Positions 25,886 to 31,141 of a stretch of DNA of 31,141 bases are shown in pieces. The position numbers were made by a program, and so were the translations under genes. How positions within the stretch are numbered: the first letter of the stretch is position 1; every line of letters starts with the position of its first letter. A model generated the notes under the pieces. That model did not search any database. It saw only the letters and a list, made by a program, of their open reading frames with translations, and was not told the origin of the DNA. Location: NCBI GenBank assembly GCA_043754515.1, contig JAYUUO010000196.1, positions 1 through 31,141 of the forward strand, read 5' to 3'. Origin of the DNA: Armatimonadota bacterium (GTDB lineage: Bacteria > Armatimonadota > Armatimonadia > Armatimonadales > Armatimonadaceae).

Positions 25886-27544
25886 ATGCTCAAAGAACGC
25901 CTCACCCGCGCCGTTAAAGACGCCCTCTCCATCTGCCGTGCCGAAGATCTGGTTCCCGACGTCGGCGTGCCGGTCGTCGTAGTCGCGCAGGCGGGCGCGT
26001 ACGCCTCCGACGCGCCGCTCCTGCTCGCCCGCCGCTCCGAGAACGCGGTCAGCACCGCGGCGGCCCGCGCGAGTATGTATGCCGAACAACTGGCGGAGAA
26101 CATCAACGCGCACCAGGACGCGCCCGCCTGCGCCGAGGTCGGTGAGTCGGGCACGCTTCTGTTGCGCCCGACACCCGCCGCGTACGCCGAGACAGTGCGT
26201 GGCGTGCTAGCGGCAGGGGCCGATTGGGGGGCGTGCAAGGTAGGAGCGGGGCAACGCGCCCTGGTCGAGTTCGTTTCCGCCGACCCGAACGCGCCTCTTT
26301 CTCTGCATCACGCGCGGGGCGCGGCGGTCGGCGACGCGATCTCCACTTTGCTGGGGGCGTGCGGCTACACCGTGGAGCGGGAGTTTTACGTGAACGACGC
26401 GGCGTCCTCGCCGCAACTGCGATCCCTCGCCCGCGCCGTGTTCGGGGCGTACCGGGAGCGATTCAGCGTCGCGCCGGGCGAGGCCACCGGGGGGTACTCG
26501 GGAGAATATATCACCGAACTCGCACGTAAGATAGCGGAGACATCCGGAGATCGCTACGTGAACCTATCGCCCGAAGCCGCCGCGACCGCGCTCACCCAGC
26601 AGATCGTCGCTCTGATGCAGGCCGAGCAGGAGGAGACCCTGGCCCGGTTCGGGGTGCGCTTCGACCGCTGGTTCTCCGAGGCGTCACTTCTCGCGGGTGG
26701 GGCGTTGCAAAAGGCGATGGACACTCTGCTCGCGTCGGGCGCGGCGTACGCGCACGGCGGGGCGTTGTGGCTCCGCACCACGGATTTCGGCGATGACGGC
26801 GACCGGGTACTACTCCGTAATGACGGCACGCCCTCCTACTTCGCGGGGGACCTTGCGTACCACGCCGACAAACTACAGACGCGTGCTTACGATGTCGCGG
26901 TGGACGTCTGGAACGCGCACCACCAATCTTATATCGGGCGGACGCGGGCGGGTCTCGCCGCGCTGGGTATTCCGAACGTCGAGAATCGCCTCCGCATCGC
27001 GGTGTTCGGCACGGTCCGCGCCCTGCAAGACGGTTCCGAACTCGGCACCGGGCGGTACGCGAGCGGCGTGGTTACCCTGCGCGAGACTCTTGACGCGGGC
27101 GCGGAGGGCGACGCGCTCCGGTTCGCGCTTTTAGTCGCCACGCCGACATCAGGCGCCGTGGATATAGTGGTAGACGCCCTGACGTCGGTCGCGCCGGATA
27201 ACCCGCTGGCGACGATTCGCTCCGCCCTCGCGAAGAGCAATATGCCGCGCATCGAGATTCCGGACGGGGCATGGGACGAGGACGCCGCGGCCGAGACGGG
27301 CACTCACAGCGCGGTAACCGCGCTGATCCGGTTAACGGATCAGTTCCCGGAGACGGTGCTACGCGCGGCGAGCACCGCCGCTCCCGCCGAAGTCGCCCGC
27401 TACCTGTGGAACCTCGCGGACGCGATCAACCGCCTGCCGGACGGCGGAGACACGGCGGCGATGGCGGTGCTTACAGCGGCACGCCTGACGCTCGTGAATG
27501 GCCTAAAAATGCTCGGGATTACTGTAGCGGAGGGTGCGGCCTGA
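25886..27544 (+). CDS. argS: Arginyl-tRNA synthetase-like protein with degenerate catalytic motifs
   Basis: VEFVSA.P..PL, GDAI..LL...GY.V.REFYVND, FGVRFDRWFSE, GALWLRTTDFGDDGDRVL.R.DG..SYFAGDLAYH.DK and NGL..LGI clearly derive from ArgRS. However HIGH reads SLHH and no MSK/MST motif is present, so it may be a paralog rather than the functional argS. Confidence 0.75.
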   Translation: MLKERLTRAVKDALSICRAEDLVPDVGVPVVVVAQAGAYASDAPLLLARRSENAVSTAAARASMYAEQLAENINAHQDAPACAEVGESGTLLLRPTPAAYAETVRGVLAAGADWGACKVGAGQRALVEFVSADPNAPLSLHHARGAAVGDAISTLLGACGYTVEREFYVNDAASSPQLRSLARAVFGAYRERFSVAPGEATGGYSGEYITELARKIAETSGDRYVNLSPEAAATALTQQIVALMQAEQEETLARFGVRFDRWFSEASLLAGGALQKAMDTLLASGAAYAHGGALWLRTTDFGDDGDRVLLRNDGTPSYFAGDLAYHADKLQTRAYDVAVDVWNAHHQSYIGRTRAGLAALGIPNVENRLRIAVFGTVRALQDGSELGTGRYASGVVTLRETLDAGAEGDALRFALLVATPTSGAVDIVVDALTSVAPDNPLATIRSALAKSNMPRIEIPDGAWDEDAAAETGTHSAVTALIRLTDQFPETVLRAASTAAPAEVARYLWNLADAINRLPDGGDTAAMAVLTAARLTLVNGLKMLGITVAEGAA

Positions 27545-27550
27545 CGCCAC

Positions 27551-28555
27551 TCAGTATCCTAAATCGCTCCGTACAATATTACGCAAAGGCTCACCCCGCA
27601 AAAAGCGGCGCGTCTGCTCGGCGGCGAGTCTCGCGAAACGGGGCCAGTATGCCGGGGTCGCGCCGCCCAGGTGCGGCGTCACGATCACGTTGTCGAGTTC
27701 CCAGTACGGCGAGTCGGCGGGGAGCGGCTCGTCCGTGAAGACGTCCAGCCCCGCCCCCGCTAGCCACCGCTTTTGCAGTGCCCGGATCACCCATGTGTCG
27801 TCAATCAGCCCGCCGCGCCCGATGTTGAAAAGGTACGTGCCGGGGTGCAATATCTCGATCTCGTCCTCGCCGAAGATCCAGCGCGTATGCGGCGTCAGAG
27901 GCAAGGCGAGTACGATGAAGTTCGATTCGAGGATTAGTTCGTGATACTGGATGTGTGGCAGTAGCACGTCGAAGCCGTCCGCGCCCCGCGAGACGTCGCG
28001 GCGCGTTCCCACCGTGCGCATCCCGAACGCCTTACATCGCTTAGCTATCGCCTGTCCGATCTCACCCGCCCCCACGATCCCGACGGTTTTGCCGTCTAGC
28101 TCAAATATGGACGGGGCGATCCGGCTACGCGCGCCCCAATCCTTCTCGCGTTGCGCGGCGAACGACTGAGGCAGGCCCCGCGCGAACGCGAGCATGAGCG
28201 ACAGGACATGCTCGGAGGCGGCAGCGACATGCACCCCGGCGGCGGTCGTGACGATGGCATCGTTGCCCCAAAGGGCGGGAAACAGCCTACCGTCCACACC
28301 CGCGCTCCAGTATTGCACCCACTTGAGACGCGGCATCGCGGCACGAGTCGCTTCGGAGAGGTCGCCGCAGATCACCGCGTCGGCGGCCGCGAGATTACCC
28401 GCGCCGGGATCGGCGGGGTCGGCAAAGGAGAGACTGACGGCATCACCGAGCGGCGAGAGGGCTTCGGCGAGAGCATCGTGGAGTGAAACAGCAGCGTCCC
28501 GCTTCTTCAGGGCGGGCGGGGCGGGGCGGGCGAGGCAGAGCAGGTTCAGGGACAT
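27551..28555 (-). CDS. D-2-hydroxyacid dehydrogenase (NAD(P)-dependent)
   Basis: LKWVQYWSAGVD, GIVGAGEIG, LPLTPHT, NIGRG, AGLDVF..EPLP..SP.W...NVIVTPH. Confidence 0.93.
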   Translation of the reverse strand: MSLNLLCLARPAPPALKKRDAAVSLHDALAEALSPLGDAVSLSFADPADPGAGNLAAADAVICGDLSEATRAAMPRLKWVQYWSAGVDGRLFPALWGNDAIVTTAAGVHVAAASEHVLSLMLAFARGLPQSFAAQREKDWGARSRIAPSIFELDGKTVGIVGAGEIGQAIAKRCKAFGMRTVGTRRDVSRGADGFDVLLPHIQYHELILESNFIVLALPLTPHTRWIFGEDEIEILHPGTYLFNIGRGGLIDDTWVIRALQKRWLAGAGLDVFTDEPLPADSPYWELDNVIVTPHLGGATPAYWPRFARLAAEQTRRFLRGEPLRNIVRSDLGY

Positions 28556-28596
28556 GATAGGAACGGTATACCCCGGCCTATTACATTTCGCGCCGC

Positions 28597-28632
28597 CGTC
28601 GGCGGGGGGTTACGAATATCCCCCCGCCGACG
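28597..28632 (-). terminator. 13-bp GC-rich hairpin right after the PEP-CTERM-type gene (U-tract-less terminator candidate)
   Basis: CGTCGGCGGGGGG (28597-28609) / CCCCCCGCCGACG (28620-28632), 5 nt past the stop. Confidence 0.6.
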
Positions 28633-28637
28633 CGTCG

Positions 28638-29327
28638 TCAGGCTGTCGCACCCCGTCGCTTGGTGTCACCGCGACGGACGATGACGCCGACGCAGAGCAG
28701 ACTGCCCACGGCGAGAAGTGACAAAGGTGAGGCCTCAGGCACGACCGCGCTCACCCGTACATTGTCCAGGCCTACATCCTGCGAGGTGGTGGACGAGAAC
28801 CGGACGGTAGTGGTGGTCGCGGTGGCCGTGAAACTCATGCTTTTCGCTTCCCACCCGCGCCAGTAATTCGCGGAAGATGCCGCCGCGGAGAAGATCTGTG
28901 CTCCCGTGGAGGAGCCGGCAGTGAAGTCTACGGTCAAGGACTGGCTCAGGCTCGCCGTTTCCGACGCCATGAGAAAGTCCACGCTGTATGTCTGTCCGAC
29001 AAGCAAGCTGGTGACGTTAGTCGTCCAGCCTGCGGTGCCCGAGCCGCCGAAGCCACCGCCCATCGTGACGAATTGCTGGTTGCTTCCCGCCGTGGTGATG
29101 TTGCCACTCCCATCGCTGTAGCCAACGCGCCAGATGAGAGCATCACCAGCGGTACCGAAGTGTGTCCAACCGGGCACGCTCGCCGCGCTAGATGAGAGGA
29201 AGGACGGGGCGATGTTGACGCCCTCGAAGTCGCCGTTCTGAACAACTTGCGCGTGAGCGGCGGGCGCGATGACGAGCGCGGCGACACCCACGACGAGAAG
29301 AAACGAAGAAACCATGGGACGCATCAT
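28638..29327 (-). CDS. PEP-CTERM-type exosortase substrate (VPEA variant) with DUF642/CBM-like jelly-roll domain
   Basis: Signal peptide ending AHA. VQNGDFE...GW...GQTYSVDF...W...SMSFTATATTTTVRFS....GLDNV (DUF642-like). Tail VPEASPLSLLAVGSLLCVGVIVRR. AAGGA RBS. Confidence 0.85.
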   Translation of the reverse strand: MMRPMVSSFLLVVGVAALVIAPAAHAQVVQNGDFEGVNIAPSFLSSSAASVPGWTHFGTAGDALIWRVGYSDGSGNITTAGSNQQFVTMGGGFGGSGTAGWTTNVTSLLVGQTYSVDFLMASETASLSQSLTVDFTAGSSTGAQIFSAAASSANYWRGWEAKSMSFTATATTTTVRFSSTTSQDVGLDNVRVSAVVPEASPLSLLAVGSLLCVGVIVRRGDTKRRGATA

Positions 29328-29393
29328 GACGATTATTCCTTACGCGCGGTGAGGCGCATATAGCACATCAGGCACGACCGCCTGAATATTGTC

Positions 29394-29423
29394 ATTTTAG
29401 CACACGACATAGCGACCTGTCAA
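29394..29423 (-). promoter_or_regulatory. Near-consensus sigma70 promoter for the PEP-CTERM-type gene
   Basis: TTGACA (29423-29418), 18-bp spacer, TGcTAAAAT (-10 at 29399-29394). Confidence 0.75.
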
Positions 29424-29451
29424 GGGTAAGCGGACGGAGAACGGAGGCGGC

Positions 29452-30051
29452 TTACATTTCGCGACGCCCCTCGAACGCCTGAATCAGAGTCGCCTGATCC
29501 GCGTAGTCGAGGTCGCCGCCGACGGGCACGCCGTGCGCGATGCGCGTGACGCGGATACCGAGCGTTTTGAGCAGGCGGGCGATGTAGATAGCGGTCGCGT
29601 CGCCCTCCACGGTCGGGTTCATCGCCAGCACTATCTCCTCCATCTCGGCCTTCTCCAGGCGGATGAGGAGCTCGCGCAGTTTAAGTTGGTCCGGCCCGAT
29701 CCCCTCCATCGGGGCGAGCACCCCACCGAGCACGTGATACTTACCGTGGAACTCGCCGGTCTTTTCGATGGCGATCAGGTCACGAGGGTCGGCGACGACG
29801 CAGATGTTGGCGTCGGAGCGGCGGCTATCACGGCAGATGTCGCAGACCTCCTGATCCGTAAAGTTGTAGCAGGTTTTGCAGTAGCCGATGCGCATCTTGA
29901 CATCGGTTATCGCCTCGCCGAGGGATTTTGCTTCCTCGTCGGAAAGGCGCAGTATATAGAACGCCAACCGTTGCGCCGATTTCGGTCCTATTCCCGGTAG
30001 TTTCTCAAATTCGCCGACAAGCCGGGCGAGCGGTTTCGCGTATTGCACCAT
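29452..30051 (-). CDS. recR: Recombination mediator RecR
   Basis: LPGIGPKSAQRLAF (HhH), CKTCYN...CDIC (C4 Zn finger), YHVLGG, AMNPTVEGDATA, RIAHGVPVGGDLDYAD (Toprim). ATG 30051 gives 199 aa; TATAAT at 30075-30070. Confidence 0.98.
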   Translation of the reverse strand: MVQYAKPLARLVGEFEKLPGIGPKSAQRLAFYILRLSDEEAKSLGEAITDVKMRIGYCKTCYNFTDQEVCDICRDSRRSDANICVVADPRDLIAIEKTGEFHGKYHVLGGVLAPMEGIGPDQLKLRELLIRLEKAEMEEIVLAMNPTVEGDATAIYIARLLKTLGIRVTRIAHGVPVGGDLDYADQATLIQAFEGRREM

Positions 30052-30243
30052 AGTTGTGTAGCCACTACGATTATACCGTGTCAGACGGAAAGCAGTCGCG
30101 GTCGTGACTGACCCCCTACCCAACCCGCTCACTCCAGAAACCGACGCCCCCCACGACCGCTCACATGGCGACCACCGGACCGCGTTCCGACATACGCAGG
30201 GGACTTTCGGGAACCCACTTTATTCCCCTAGCGTAAAAAACGC

Positions 30244-30759
30244 GTGAGTAATGGATATAACAACGCGCCGGGGGCGCAACCGAATTTAGACTGGACCGCG
30301 CTAATCGCCGACCGGAAGATCAAGGAGGCGATGGACGCGGGCGAGTTCGACAACCTGGAAGGCAAGGGGGAGCCGCTCCGCATTGAGGAAGACCCGTTCA
30401 CGCCGGTCGAGATACGCGTTGCCCACAAACTGCTCAAGAACGCCAACGCCTTGCCGCAGTGGTTGCAACTCGAGAAGGATATCGAGCGTGAGCGGACTAC
30501 CGTACTCCCCTACATCGAGCGCGGGTTAACGGCGGTGACGCGCGGTAAAAACCGCGCCTCGCGGGAACACCTCGCCGCCCGTCTACGCTCCGAAGTGAAG
30601 GAGCGAATAGACCTCGTGAACACGCTGATCCTGAAGTACAACGAGATCGTACCGCCGTCCTGCCAGCGCGTGTTCGTACCGTTCGCGAAGGGCCGCGAAC
30701 TCGCCGCGCTGGACGAGCGGATCGCGGGTCTATTCGCCCCCGAGGCTGAACGGCGGTAG
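30244..30759 (+). CDS. DUF1992 (DnaJ-associated) domain protein
   Basis: IADRKIKEAMDAGEFDNLEGKGEPL...RVAHKLLKNANALPQWLQLEKDI. Confidence 0.88.
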   Translation: MSNGYNNAPGAQPNLDWTALIADRKIKEAMDAGEFDNLEGKGEPLRIEEDPFTPVEIRVAHKLLKNANALPQWLQLEKDIERERTTVLPYIERGLTAVTRGKNRASREHLAARLRSEVKERIDLVNTLILKYNEIVPPSCQRVFVPFAKGRELAALDERIAGLFAPEAERR

Positions 30760-31140
30760 CGCGAGGAGCAGGTGCCGCGAGAGGGCGTTGTTTACCCCAT
30801 TGTCTGTTTTCAAACCGAGGATCGTTGTTAGATCAGCAAGGGCACTCACGATGATGTTACGGGTCGCATCGGCCTGGATTAGGAGTGGGCCGCGCTCGGA
30901 CGCGTCCTCGGGGCACATCTCCTCGATCAGCGCGTAGGTCTGGCAGAGAATGACCGCCGTCGCCAGCCAGGAATCCTCCTTCTGGGACCGGTAGAACGCG
31001 AGTACCGGGTAGGAGCGATGCGACTCGAGTAGCTCCGCGCCCCACTGCTCCCACTGAGACAGTAGCACTTCGAGTGACGACCACGCCCCAGCGTCGCGGT
31101 AACACTCGATCAGTTTCCGCGCCGACGTCGGGGTACCCGT
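30730..31140 (-). CDS. 5'-partial potassium/ion-channel family protein, C-terminal cytoplasmic region
   Basis: Frame is open to the window edge: GTPTSARKL...WEQWGAELLESHRSYPVLAFYRSQ...SWL, a motif I associate with the C-terminal domain of bacterial two-TM K-channel family proteins. Confidence 0.7.
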   Translation of the reverse strand, partial: TGTPTSARKLIECYRDAGAWSSLEVLLSQWEQWGAELLESHRSYPVLAFYRSQKEDSWLATAVILCQTYALIEEMCPEDASERGPLLIQADATRNIIVSALADLTTILGLKTDNGVNNALSRHLLLALPPFSLGGE

Positions 31141-31141
31141 A

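Noticed and set aside
1..31141. tRNA, rRNA, integrase or transposase genes
   Set aside because: None recognised by eye; the intergenic gaps are short and show no cloverleaf or T-loop signature.

Overview
GC-rich bacterial window, tentatively Armatimonadota-like; this is inferred only from the protein repertoire (FlgD-Ig-tailed exported proteins, PEP-CTERM-type protein, pilin-like proteins). It has three blocks. (1) 1-4278 (+): a polymorphic Rhs toxin array with two truncated Rhs modules. Both are broken at the same point by an identical 25-nt palindromic insert that shifts the frame +1 just before the Rhs core. Their C-terminal domains differ (HExxH metallopeptidase-like; caspase/CHAT-like with Arg at the expected catalytic Cys), and each is followed by a membrane-anchored pilin/pseudopilin-like gene in the immunity position. 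(2) 4301-23536 (-): a ~19-kb co-oriented envelope cluster. It encodes three very large exported proteins sharing a ~490-500-aa C-terminal module ending in a FlgD-Ig domain (one is an S8 protease), two CsgG/TolB-N-like proteins and an Ig-fused LptD-like beta-barrel. A GC-rich hairpin lies in every gene gap and a ~400-nt leader precedes the first gene; this is a candidate dedicated secretion/surface-display system. (3) 23972-31141: mostly housekeeping-type genes (YkgJ-like, CBS-DUF1385, D-2-hydroxyacid dehydrogenase, PEP-CTERM-type protein, recR, DUF1992, partial ion-channel gene) plus a full-length ArgRS-like gene whose catalytic and anticodon motifs are eroded. All family calls come from motif recognition by eye; no database searches were run.
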